A stretch of 64,000 nucleotides of DNA from an uncultured Anaerolineaceae bacterium (lineage in GTDB: Bacteria; Chloroflexota; Anaerolineae; Aggregatilineales; Phototrophicaceae), in assembly GCA_964593565.1 (NCBI GenBank), contig CAZQIY010000005.1:18334-82333 (forward strand), in the 5' to 3' direction. The position numbers and the translations under genes were made by a program. Below are positions 16,287-25,320 of the stretch, piece by piece (the first letter of the stretch is position 1; each line of letters opens with the position of its first letter). A model generated the notes under the pieces. The model did no database searches. It saw nothing but the letters and a program-made list of their open reading frames with translations, and was not told where the DNA came from.

Positions 16287-18355
16287 CTCCTGTGATCGAA
16301 GCCAGACATCTGTCGATAGATTACAGACTGGGCCGCCAGTGGATCAATGCTATCAACGACGTGGCGCTGCATGTCGACCCGCTGGAAATTCATGGCCTGG
16401 TGGGGGAAAGCGGCAGCGGCAAAAGCACGCTGGCCCTGGCGCTGATGAATTATCTGGCGGAAAACGCGCGCGTATCCAGCGGCGAAGTGCTGCTGGAAGG
16501 CGACAACCTGCTGGGCAAATCGCTGGATGAGATGCGCCGTATCTGGGGGCGCGACCTCAACCTTGTGCCGCAGGACCCGCTGGCTTCGCTCAACCCGTCC
16601 TACACCATTGGCGACCAGATCGCAGAAATTACCCGGCTTCATCAGGGCCTGTCGCGCCGCGAAGCCCGGGATCAGGCGGTGGACATGCTGCGCGAAGTCA
16701 GAATTGCCGACCCTGCCACCGTCGCCCGCCAGTACCCGCACCAGCTTTCCGGCGGCATGCAGCAGCGCGTGACGATTGCCATGGCGCTCAGCACGCACCC
16801 GCGCCTGCTGGTGCTGGATGAACCCACGTCGTCGCTGGATGTGACCACCCAGGCCGTCATCCTCGATCTGTTCCGCGACCTGATTCGCGATAATCAGGCG
16901 GCGGCGCTGTATGTCTCGCACGATCTGGGGACAGTGGCGCAGCTTTGTGACCGCGTGACAGTGCTGTATGCCGGCGAGGTGATGGAAACCGCCAGCGTGT
17001 ATGATCTGTTCGCCCAGCCGCTGCACCCATACACAGCGGGCCTGCTGGCCAGCCTGCCGCGCATGACCGAAGGCACAGAAACCCGTCTGTTTACCATCGG
17101 CGGGGTCGCGCCTGCACTGAATGATCGCCCGCCGGCCTGTGTGTTTGCGCCGCGCTGCCCGGTGGCGCTGGATATCTGCCACCAGCAGAAGCCGCCGCTG
17201 GAAGCTGTCGATTCAACCGGGCGGCTGGTGCGCTGTCATCGCTGGCAGGAAATCCGCAGCGGCGAACTGGTTCTGCCTACCGCGCCCCAGAGCCAGGCGG
17301 CGGATGTCGCGCCGCAGCGGGGCCGCGTGCTGGATGCCCAGCGTATGACGAAACGTTATGGCGAAACATCACTGCTGGATACGCTGCTGCGCCGCCCGGC
17401 GGAGTATGTGCAGGCGGTGGATGATGTCTCGCTGACGATCCAGCAGCGGTCTACGCTGGGGCTGGTGGGGGAAAGCGGCAGCGGCAAAACCACGCTGGCC
17501 CGCTGCATCGTCGCGCTGGAAACCGCCGACAGCGGCACGCTGGAATTGTTCGATATGCAGATCAGCCCCCGGCTGGAAGAGCGCAGCCGCGAAGCCCTGC
17601 GCAATCTGCGGATGGTGTTTCAGAACCCGAACGACACGCTCAACCCCTATCACAATGTGCGCCAGGCGCTGGAGCGTCCGCTGCGCCTGCTGAGCGAACC
17701 GCGCCTGACAGCGGACGAGATTCGCCAGCGCATCGACGAGCTGCTGCTGGCGGTGGGCCTGACGCCGGACTATGCCGAACGTTACCCCGCAGAACTGAGC
17801 GGCGGCGAAAAGCAGCGGGTGGCCATCGCGCGCGCCTTTGCGGCCAACCCGGCGCTGGTTGTGGCTGACGAACCGACCTCCGCGCTGGATGTCTCCGTCC
17901 AGGCCGTTATCCTCAACCTGCTGAAGGACCTGCGGGCACAGCAGGGCGCTTCCTACCTGCTGATCTCGCATAATCTGGATGTCATCACCTACCTGGCGGA
18001 CTGGATCGCGGTGATGTACCTGGGGCAGATTTTGGAGGAAGGTGAAACGGCGGATGTCTATAACCCGCCCTGGCATCCGTATACCGAAGCGCTGCTGTCT
18101 GCCATCCCCGTGCCGGACCCCACCCGGCGGCAGGGGGCGATCCGGCTGGAAGGCGACGTGCCCAGCGCCCGCAACATCCCGCAGGGCTGCCGCTTTCATA
18201 CCCGCTGCCCGCGCAGGATTGGCCCGGTGTGCGAGCAGGAAGCCCCGCCCTGGCGCGATGCCGGGAACGGCCATTTTATCCGCTGTCACATTCCCATCGA
18301 GGAACTGGCGGCGCTGCAATCTGGCCCGCAGGAAGCCACGACACAAGAGGAATGA
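16283..18355 (+). CDS. fused double ATPase of a peptide-type ABC importer (DppD-DppF-like)
   Basis: 690 aa. Two Walker A motifs (GESGSGKST / GESGSGKTT), two signatures (LSGGMQQR / LSGGEKQR) and two Walker B motifs (LLVLDEPTS / LVVADEPTS). Each half ends in a 4-Cys oligopeptide-C-terminal-type motif. Confidence 0.92.
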   Translation: MTPVIEARHLSIDYRLGRQWINAINDVALHVDPLEIHGLVGESGSGKSTLALALMNYLAENARVSSGEVLLEGDNLLGKSLDEMRRIWGRDLNLVPQDPLASLNPSYTIGDQIAEITRLHQGLSRREARDQAVDMLREVRIADPATVARQYPHQLSGGMQQRVTIAMALSTHPRLLVLDEPTSSLDVTTQAVILDLFRDLIRDNQAAALYVSHDLGTVAQLCDRVTVLYAGEVMETASVYDLFAQPLHPYTAGLLASLPRMTEGTETRLFTIGGVAPALNDRPPACVFAPRCPVALDICHQQKPPLEAVDSTGRLVRCHRWQEIRSGELVLPTAPQSQAADVAPQRGRVLDAQRMTKRYGETSLLDTLLRRPAEYVQAVDDVSLTIQQRSTLGLVGESGSGKTTLARCIVALETADSGTLELFDMQISPRLEERSREALRNLRMVFQNPNDTLNPYHNVRQALERPLRLLSEPRLTADEIRQRIDELLLAVGLTPDYAERYPAELSGGEKQRVAIARAFAANPALVVADEPTSALDVSVQAVILNLLKDLRAQQGASYLLISHNLDVITYLADWIAVMYLGQILEEGETADVYNPPWHPYTEALLSAIPVPDPTRRQGAIRLEGDVPSARNIPQGCRFHTRCPRRIGPVCEQEAPPWRDAGNGHFIRCHIPIEELAALQSGPQEATTQEE

Positions 18356-18361
18356 TCGTCC

Positions 18362-19309
18362 ATGCTGCAATTTCTGGTGCGCCGCGTTCTGCTGCTGGTG
18401 GTGACCATGCTCATCACCTCAGTTATCATCTTCGCGCTGACTCAACTGCTGCCCGGCGATATCGCTCGCCTGATTCTGGGACGCGACGCGGGCGAGGCGG
18501 CGCTGGCGGCTATGCGCGAGCAGTTTGGGCTGGATGACCCTGTGCCGGTGCAGTATCTCAACTGGCTGAAGGGCTTTGTCACCGGTGACTGGGGCCGTTC
18601 CTTCAGCAGCGGCAACCCACCCGTCCGGCCGCTGGTGCTGGCGCGGCTCGCCAATTCCATGCGGCTGATGCTGATGACGCTGGCGCTGTCGATTCCGCTG
18701 TCCATTGCGCTGGGGGTGATTGCGGCGCTGCGCGAAAATACCTGGATCGATCATGTAATTTCGGTGCTGTCGCTGTCGGTGGTGGGCCTGCCGGAATTTG
18801 TCACTGGGCTGGTGCTCATCAACACCCTGGCGCTGGGGCTGGGCTGGTTCCCGGCGTCGTCGCTGGTGGAGGATGGCTACCAGTTATCCGACTGGCTGCG
18901 CACCCTGTTTCTGCCCGCCCTCACGGCGACTTTTGTGCTGCTGGGGTATGTGCTGCGCATGACCCGCGCCGGGGTGCTGGAAGAAATCCGCAAGCCTTAC
19001 GTCCGCACCGCCACGCTTAAAGGGCTGCCCCAGCGGACGATCATCATCCGGCATGTGCTGCGCAACGCGCTGCTGCCCACCATCACCGTGATCGCTATCA
19101 GTATTGGCTGGCTGATCGGTGGGGTGGTTGTCATCGAAACCGTGTTTAATTACCCCGGTCTGGGCGCGCTGCTGGTCGAGGCGGTCAGCCAGAAGAACCT
19201 GACCCTGCTGCAGGCCTGCGTGATGGTGGTGATCTTTTTCTTCGCGCTGGCTAACCTCATCGCCGACCTGCTGTACGCCCTGCTGAACCCGCGTATCCGG
19301 CTGGGTTAG
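18362..19309 (+). CDS. ABC transporter permease (DppB/OppB-like)
   Basis: 315 aa. MLQFLVRRVLLLVVTMLITSVIIFALTQLLPGD and the EAA region YVRTATLKGLPQRTIIIRHVLRNALLP. Confidence 0.9.
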   Translation: MLQFLVRRVLLLVVTMLITSVIIFALTQLLPGDIARLILGRDAGEAALAAMREQFGLDDPVPVQYLNWLKGFVTGDWGRSFSSGNPPVRPLVLARLANSMRLMLMTLALSIPLSIALGVIAALRENTWIDHVISVLSLSVVGLPEFVTGLVLINTLALGLGWFPASSLVEDGYQLSDWLRTLFLPALTATFVLLGYVLRMTRAGVLEEIRKPYVRTATLKGLPQRTIIIRHVLRNALLPTITVIAISIGWLIGGVVVIETVFNYPGLGALLVEAVSQKNLTLLQACVMVVIFFFALANLIADLLYALLNPRIRLG

Positions 19310-19414
19310 GTGCCAGTTAATGGACTGCTCATCCAAGATACTCATGTCGGCTGCGGCAGAATGCGGGTATGATGAAAGCAGCACTGACCAACTGGAAGTA
19401 AAGGGAGTTGCAGC

Positions 19415-19720
19415 ATGCCCCTGTATGATTACCGCTGCCCGAATTGTAATCACCTGTACGAAGCGCGCCACAGCTTTAATGAATCCGCGCCGCCCTGCCC
19501 GGAATGCGGCCATGTCGAAGTGACGCGGGTCATCCTGAAAGCGCCGCGTGTGGCCCAGGGCATGAATGCCAGCGTCAGCGACACCGGCAGCGCGACCAAA
19601 GAGCAGCTTCAGGACAAGTGGGCCGAAGAAACACCCAAACTGCGCCGTAAGCTGGTGGACAAGCTGGGTGAGGACACGGTCAACAAATACGCGCCCACCC
19701 TCAACAAGCAGTACGATTAA
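19415..19720 (+). CDS. FmdB-family zinc-ribbon protein
   Basis: 101 aa. [36 protein letters not shown] is the CxxC...CxxC FmdB motif. The stop overlaps the convergent gene stop (TTAA at 19717-19720). Confidence 0.85.
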   Translation: MPLYDYRCPNCNHLYEARHSFNESAPPCPECGHVEVTRVILKAPRVAQGMNASVSDTGSATKEQLQDKWAEETPKLRRKLVDKLGEDTVNKYAPTLNKQYD

Positions 19721-20682
19721 CGGCTGACCTGATGGGGCAGGGAGTCGCCCCGCAGCCCGGCCAGCAGATTTTCCGCCGCGATTTCCGCCATGCGGTTGCG
19801 GGTGCGCACACTGGCGCTGCCGATGTGCGGCACGATGGTGATGTTAGGCAGCGTCAGCAGCGGGTCATCTGCCGGGATCGGTTCCGGGTCCGTTACGTCG
19901 AGCGCGGCATGGGCGATCTGGCCTTCCTTCAGCGCCGCGTACAGCGCCTGCTGGTCGACGATTGGGCCGCGCGCCGTATTGATCAGAATCGCGGTGCGTT
20001 TCATCCGGCGCAGCGCCTCCGCATTAATCAGGTGGCGGGTGGCGTCCGTCAGCGGCGTATGCACAGAAACAAAGTCAGATTCCACCAGCAGCGTATCCAG
20101 GCTGACCAGCGAAACCCCCAGCGCGGCGGCGGATTCTGAAGAAGCGCTGGGGTCATGGGCGATCAGGCGCATATCAAAGCCGCTGGCGCGCCGGATCATC
20201 GCCCTGCCGATCCTGCCCAGGCCGATGATGCCCAGGGTGGCCCCGGTCAGGTCCGCGCCCAGCAGCGTTTCCGGCTCCCAGGTTTTCCATTCGCCCGCCT
20301 TGATGTAATTCACGCCTTCGACAATGCGCCGGGCGGCGGCCAGCAGCAGCGCAAAGGCCAGGTCGGCGGTGGCTTCGGTCAAAACGCCGGGGGTATGCCC
20401 CACCGGGATGCCACGTTCGGCAGCGGCGGCCAGATCAATGTTGTCATAGCCGACGGCCAGCTGGCTGATGACCTTCAACTGTGGCCCGGCGGCATCCATC
20501 AGGTTCGCGTCGATCCGGTCCGTCAGCAGGCACAGCAGACCATCCACGCCCTTCACTCGTTCGAGCAGCACTTCGTAGGGCGGGGGCATCTGTTCTGGCC
20601 ACACATCAACGTCACACTGTTCGCGAATTCGATCCAGCCCGGCGGCGGGGATAACACGGCTGACAAATACTCTGGGTTTCAT
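19717..20682 (-). CDS. D-isomer-specific 2-hydroxyacid dehydrogenase (glyoxylate/hydroxypyruvate reductase-like)
   Basis: 321 aa. NAD fold [12 protein letters not shown] and catalytic-region motifs [11 protein letters not shown] and PHIGSAS. Confidence 0.9.
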   Translation of the reverse strand: MKPRVFVSRVIPAAGLDRIREQCDVDVWPEQMPPPYEVLLERVKGVDGLLCLLTDRIDANLMDAAGPQLKVISQLAVGYDNIDLAAAAERGIPVGHTPGVLTEATADLAFALLLAAARRIVEGVNYIKAGEWKTWEPETLLGADLTGATLGIIGLGRIGRAMIRRASGFDMRLIAHDPSASSESAAALGVSLVSLDTLLVESDFVSVHTPLTDATRHLINAEALRRMKRTAILINTARGPIVDQQALYAALKEGQIAHAALDVTDPEPIPADDPLLTLPNITIVPHIGSASVRTRNRMAEIAAENLLAGLRGDSLPHQVSR

Positions 20683-20688
20683 GCGGTT

Positions 20689-21420
20689 TTACACCTTGGG
20701 TTCAGTGGGTAATTCAGTCGGCTTGGTGCGCGGCGTCAGGTACATATCCCGATACAGCATACCCAGGTCGCGCACCGTGCGCGGGATACGCATAAACGGA
20801 CTGTACCGCGAGGGCCGGGTTTCTTCAACCGTAACCGGCAGTTCAATGGTCGTCAGGCCGGCCTGCTGCGCCCGCAGGATCACTTCCGTATCAAAAATCT
20901 CGCGTTCTGTGATGCAGTCCTTGACCACCGGCACGATGCGCCGCCGCCGGAAGGCCTTGATGCCGTGCGTATCGGACCCGGTAAAGCCAAACATCACCCG
21001 CAGCAGCAGGTTAAAGGCCCAGGTGATAAAGCGCCGGTTAAATGGCCGCTGGTCGTGCGACTGCTGGTGCCGTTTGGAGGCGATGACAATATCATAGGTT
21101 TCCAGCAGGTGCAGGGCCTGTCGCAGAAAATCCAGGTCCCACAGGTCGGCATTAAACACGACAATATTTTCGCCCTGGCTGTTGAGGATGCCGGTTTTGA
21201 TGGCGCGGCCATAACTGGCGGTCGGGCTGCTGATGACCACCACATTAGACACTTCGGCGGCCAGCCGCTGCGCCAGGGCCAGCGTGTTATCCTTGCTGCC
21301 GTTTTCGCTCAGGATCAGTTCGTAATCTGTATTCAGATCATGCAGGCCGTTCGTCAGTTCGTGGATCAGCGATTCGAGGATGCGTTCCTCGTTGTGAATC
21401 GGGATTACGATAGAAAGCAT
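20689..21420 (-). CDS. family 2 glycosyltransferase, polyprenyl-phosphate sugar synthase-like
   Basis: Preferred start MLSIVIPIHNEE (ATG at 21420; the track ORF begins at 21450). Motifs SENGSKDNT, FNADLWD (DxD-like) and GIKAFRR. Size and layout resemble DPM1/GtrB-type enzymes. Confidence 0.8.
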   Translation of the reverse strand: MLSIVIPIHNEERILESLIHELTNGLHDLNTDYELILSENGSKDNTLALAQRLAAEVSNVVVISSPTASYGRAIKTGILNSQGENIVVFNADLWDLDFLRQALHLLETYDIVIASKRHQQSHDQRPFNRRFITWAFNLLLRVMFGFTGSDTHGIKAFRRRRIVPVVKDCITEREIFDTEVILRAQQAGLTTIELPVTVEETRPSRYSPFMRIPRTVRDLGMLYRDMYLTPRTKPTELPTEPKV

Positions 21421-21583
21421 GAACACAACACCCCACTCAGGCACTGGCACATATGGGGGCGTTCTGCTCCCCGGTGCCTAACTTTACCTGAGGTGTCCGG
21501 TTTCGTAAAGCGCCGGACAGCCCGGAACGGGTTTCAACCGCCGGGCCTGTTTCTCGTCTGCTTTACAGGGCTGAACCCCGTCT

Positions 21584-21611
21584 TTTAAGCCCTGTACCCG
21601 CCCGATATAAT
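21584..21611 (+). promoter_or_regulatory. candidate promoter for the 21645 GT-C gene
   Basis: TTTAAG (21584-21589), a 16-nt spacer, then TATAAT (21606-21611). GGAG RBS at 21632-21635 ahead of ATG 21645. Confidence 0.3.
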
Positions 21612-21644
21612 GAGCCGCTGGTTTTTTCTGTGGAGACGTGCCGG

Positions 21645-23459
21645 ATGGCAAAAATAATCACTTCGCGCCCCTGGCTGTTCGGCGTGGTGTTGGTCTTTCT
21701 CAGCGCGGTGGTGCTGGTGACGGGCATCGATTCGGTGCAGATGCGCCCCGACGAAAGCCTTGTGTATGATTTCACCCGGAATGATCTGCCCTATCTGGTG
21801 CGCTATCTGGCTGCGGAGGATTCGCACCCGCCGCTGTGGTTTTCGTCATTCTGGCTGTGGCGGCAGTTTGTGGGCGACAGCGAATTTGCCGGGCGGCTGC
21901 TGGCGCTCTTTTACAGCCTGCTGGCGCTGGCGCTGGTCTATCAGGTGGGGCGGCGCTGGTTTGGGACACCGCGCTATGGCCTGCTGGCGATGGCGCTGCT
22001 GGGCGTCAACGCCTTCTTTTTTATCCACGCGCTGGAAATCCGCCCCTATGGACTGATTCTGCTGCTGGTCACGGCGTCGATGTGGACGTACCAGCGCTGG
22101 CTGACCAAGCAGACCGGGCGTGCCGCCTTCTGGTATGCGCTGACGCTGGGGGCCATGCTGTACGTCCATTACTTCCTGTTCGTGCTGATGCTGGTGCAGG
22201 GCCTGTATTTTCTGCTGCGGCGTCCATCACGCAGGCTGCTGGCGCAGGGCCTGCATGTGGTGGTGATGGCCGGGCTGATCTGGCTGCCCTGGCTGCCGTT
22301 TGCCATCTTCCAGGTGCTGCATGTGCGGCAGGCGGAAACCATCGGCGGTAACCAGCGCGGCCTGCTGGGGGCCGGTTCGACCACCATTCCATCATCACCG
22401 GATGCCGCCCTGGACCTGTTCGCGCTGGCGTCCAACGGCCAGATTGCGTTATATGCCGCGCTGCTGGTAGTGGGCGTGGTGTTCCTGTGGCGCAAATCCG
22501 CCTACCGGCTGGCACTGGCCTGGGCCTTTGGCGTGCCGCTGGTGTCGCTGCTGATCAATCTGGCCATTGCGGTTTACCTGCCGCGTTATGTGGTCTACAT
22601 GGTGATCGGCTTTGCGCTGGTGATGGCGGCCGGGCTGGCGGTGCTGCCGGGGCGGGTGCGCTGGCCAGCGGCGGCGGGGGTGCTGGCGCTGTCGCTGGTG
22701 GCTCTGCCTGCACAGATTCCGGCGCGAACGCCCTATCGCGATTTGTTCCGGCAGGTTTCGCTGGAGGCTCAGCCGCAGGACGTGATCCTTTTTGACAGCG
22801 GCGGCCTGTATGATGGCTTTGTCCGCGGGCAGGTGCGCCGCTATCTCGACCCGGAACTGTGGTCGCGCCGGGTGGACAGCATCGAGGAAGCGCAGACTCA
22901 CCGCCGCGTCTGGTACGTGACTGATGGCGAATGGCGCGCCGACGACACCCGCGCCCGCTTCGCCCGGATTGAACAATCGCACCCATTGCAGCAGGTGATT
23001 GGCGATTGTAACCGGCAGTGGTGCTATCTGCTTCAGCTTCTGGAAGCGCCGCCCTGGACTGAACCGGCGGTCTTTGCCGATTCGCTGGTCTTCCTGGGCA
23101 TGGATGTCGATGCCATCACGGACGGCAGCATGACGGTGCGCCTGTGGTGGGCGGCGGAATCGCCCATCTCGCTGGATTATTCCATCGGGCTGCATCTGCT
23201 GGATGACGAAGGCGCACTGGTGGCCCAGGCTGATGGCCCGATCACGGATTTTTACAGCGGCCAGCCTGTGCAGACCTCCATACTGGAACCGGACCGGCTC
23301 TATATTGATCTGCGCGTGCTGGACCTGTCCGACGATCTGCCAGCAGGGCAGTATCAGCCGGCGCTGGTGGTGTACCAGTCCTGGGATAACACCCGCCTGA
23401 CGCTGCCCGGCGGCGAGGATCAACTGCTGCTGGAACCGCTGAACCTGAATGCTTCATGA
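21645..23459 (+). CDS. GT-C fold membrane glycosyltransferase (family 39/ArnT-like) with C-terminal beta-rich module
   Basis: Start MAKIITSRPWLFGVV (the track GTG at 21630 is possible). First-loop motif MRPDESLVYDF, then HPPLWF, EFAGRLLALFYSLLALALVY and about 11 TM helices. Tail LVFLGMDVD...VRLWW...PAGQYQPALVVY. Confidence 0.75.
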   Translation: MAKIITSRPWLFGVVLVFLSAVVLVTGIDSVQMRPDESLVYDFTRNDLPYLVRYLAAEDSHPPLWFSSFWLWRQFVGDSEFAGRLLALFYSLLALALVYQVGRRWFGTPRYGLLAMALLGVNAFFFIHALEIRPYGLILLLVTASMWTYQRWLTKQTGRAAFWYALTLGAMLYVHYFLFVLMLVQGLYFLLRRPSRRLLAQGLHVVVMAGLIWLPWLPFAIFQVLHVRQAETIGGNQRGLLGAGSTTIPSSPDAALDLFALASNGQIALYAALLVVGVVFLWRKSAYRLALAWAFGVPLVSLLINLAIAVYLPRYVVYMVIGFALVMAAGLAVLPGRVRWPAAAGVLALSLVALPAQIPARTPYRDLFRQVSLEAQPQDVILFDSGGLYDGFVRGQVRRYLDPELWSRRVDSIEEAQTHRRVWYVTDGEWRADDTRARFARIEQSHPLQQVIGDCNRQWCYLLQLLEAPPWTEPAVFADSLVFLGMDVDAITDGSMTVRLWWAAESPISLDYSIGLHLLDDEGALVAQADGPITDFYSGQPVQTSILEPDRLYIDLRVLDLSDDLPAGQYQPALVVYQSWDNTRLTLPGGEDQLLLEPLNLNAS

Positions 23460-23526
23460 ATTGGTGTTACTTGGGCTTGGCAAGATGGGCTAACATAGGG
23501 GCAGGCTGACACATTCGAGAAGATGT

Positions 23527-25305
23527 ATGACTGTTGAATTTGATGCGCCCGGCGCATTTACAAGCAATCGATCCAGTCCCCTGCGGTTTATTCTGTCGCA
23601 TGTCATTCGCCACTGGTGGGTGGGCGTGCTGATGGTGCTGGGGGCCTTTGGCAATGCCGCCTTTGCCGCCTCCATCGCCTATCTGATTGGCGAAGCCTTC
23701 GATGCGATTATCAACAACAGCGATCTTCAGCAGGTGCTGGCGGTATGTCTGGGCATCGTCGGCATCTCGGCGGTGCGCTCTGTGGTGCAGTTCACCCGCA
23801 ACATCAGCGCGCAGGTCTATGGCCAGCGTATCGAGCGCGATGTGCGCGACGAACTGTATGCCAGCCTGCTGGGCAAGAGCATGGATTTCCATGATATGCA
23901 GCCCGTGGGCGAGATCATGGCGCGGGTGACCAACGACGTGATCGAACTTAACATGATGATGAATACCGGCGTCAATCTGCTGGTGGGGTCCTCTATGTTT
24001 CTGGTCATGCCGCTGATCGCTTCTCCGGCCATTCATCCGCACCTGATTCTGTCGCCGGTGGTGTTCGTCCTGATTCAGCTTATCATCGCGGTGCGGTTTG
24101 TACGCCGCCTGCATCCTATCGCGCAGGAGGTGCGCGCCAGTTTTGGGCGGATGAATGCGCGCCTGGCGGAATCGCTGGAAGGTCTGCAGGTTGTCAAGGG
24201 TGCTGCCCAGGAAGATCAGGAAGTGGCACATGTCAGCAGCCTGGTGGATACCGCGCGTGACCGGTTTATCGAGCAGGGCGAACTGGAAGCCCGTTACTGG
24301 TCGAACCTGCTGTACCCCCTCACGGTGTTTAGCGCGCTGCTGCACGCCATGCTGCTGTTCCAGCAGGGCCGCATTGATACGGGGGATATTGTCGCCTATG
24401 TGGGCATTGTCACCCTGTTCCAGTTCCCGGTCTTTTCGACCCTGTTCACGCTGCCGCGCATCGCCCTGGGTTATGCCAGCGCCGCGCGCATCCTGAAAGT
24501 CATTAATGCGGAAAACAACCTCGACCAGAACGCCGCCGGTCATAACCAGCCGATTAAGGGCGAAATCCGGTTCGAGCATGTCAACTTTGGCTATACGCCG
24601 GAGAAGGAAGTCCTGCACGACATCTCCTTCACCATCAAACCGGGCCAGACAGTGGCAATTGTGGGGCAGACTGGCGCGGGTAAAACGACCATCACCAAAC
24701 TGATCAACCGCACCTACGACGCCACCGGGGGCCGCGTGCTGGTGGATGGGGTGGATGTGCGCGACTGGTCGATGGAGGCGCTGCGCTCGCAGATCAGCAT
24801 TATCGAGCAGGATATTTTCCTGTTCAGCCGCACGCTGGCAGAAAATGTCGCCTTTGGGGCGGAGCAGGCCACGCAGGAGCAGGTGGAGGATGCCGCCCGC
24901 AAAGCCCAGGCCCACGATTTTATTCTGTCCTTCCCGGAAGGGTACGATACCAAAATCGGGCAGCGCGGCGTGACCCTCAGCGGCGGCCAGCGCCAGCGCA
25001 TCGCGCTTGCACGCGCCTTTGTCACCCAGCCGCCGGTGCTGATCCTGGATGACAGCACCAGCGCGATTGACAGCGCCACAGAAGACATGATCCAGCAGGC
25101 TATCTGGACCGCCTCGCGCGGGCGCACCACCATTCTGATCACACACCGCCTGTCGCAGATTCGCTGGGCAGATCATATTATCGTGCTGCGCAACGGCCGG
25201 GTGGCCGCCCAGGGCAGCCACGAAGACCTGCTGCAGACATCGGAAGCCTACCGCCGCATTTTTGCCCGCTACGAAGCGCCGGCCAGAACGGCGAATAAAT
25301 CCTGA
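23527..25305 (+). CDS. ABC exporter half-transporter (TMD-NBD), degenerate-site subunit
   Basis: 592 aa. Six TM helices plus an NBD: Walker A GQTGAGKTT, signature LSGGQRQR, Walker B ILDDSTS (Asp where the catalytic Glu normally sits; codons gat gac at 25048-25053). Confidence 0.9.
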   Translation: MTVEFDAPGAFTSNRSSPLRFILSHVIRHWWVGVLMVLGAFGNAAFAASIAYLIGEAFDAIINNSDLQQVLAVCLGIVGISAVRSVVQFTRNISAQVYGQRIERDVRDELYASLLGKSMDFHDMQPVGEIMARVTNDVIELNMMMNTGVNLLVGSSMFLVMPLIASPAIHPHLILSPVVFVLIQLIIAVRFVRRLHPIAQEVRASFGRMNARLAESLEGLQVVKGAAQEDQEVAHVSSLVDTARDRFIEQGELEARYWSNLLYPLTVFSALLHAMLLFQQGRIDTGDIVAYVGIVTLFQFPVFSTLFTLPRIALGYASAARILKVINAENNLDQNAAGHNQPIKGEIRFEHVNFGYTPEKEVLHDISFTIKPGQTVAIVGQTGAGKTTITKLINRTYDATGGRVLVDGVDVRDWSMEALRSQISIIEQDIFLFSRTLAENVAFGAEQATQEQVEDAARKAQAHDFILSFPEGYDTKIGQRGVTLSGGQRQRIALARAFVTQPPVLILDDSTSAIDSATEDMIQQAIWTASRGRTTILITHRLSQIRWADHIIVLRNGRVAAQGSHEDLLQTSEAYRRIFARYEAPARTANKS

Positions 25306-25320
25306 AAGGGGTAAATCACT

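Noticed and set aside
16397-17500. 38/39-nt identical DNA segments (16397-16435 and 17462-17500) as a possible dispersed repeat
   Set aside because: Both encode the Walker A loops (LVGESGSGK(S/T)TLA) of the two halves of one fused ATPase. The identity is explained by motif conservation plus strong codon bias, or by intragenic conversion, so it is not a mobile or regulatory repeat.
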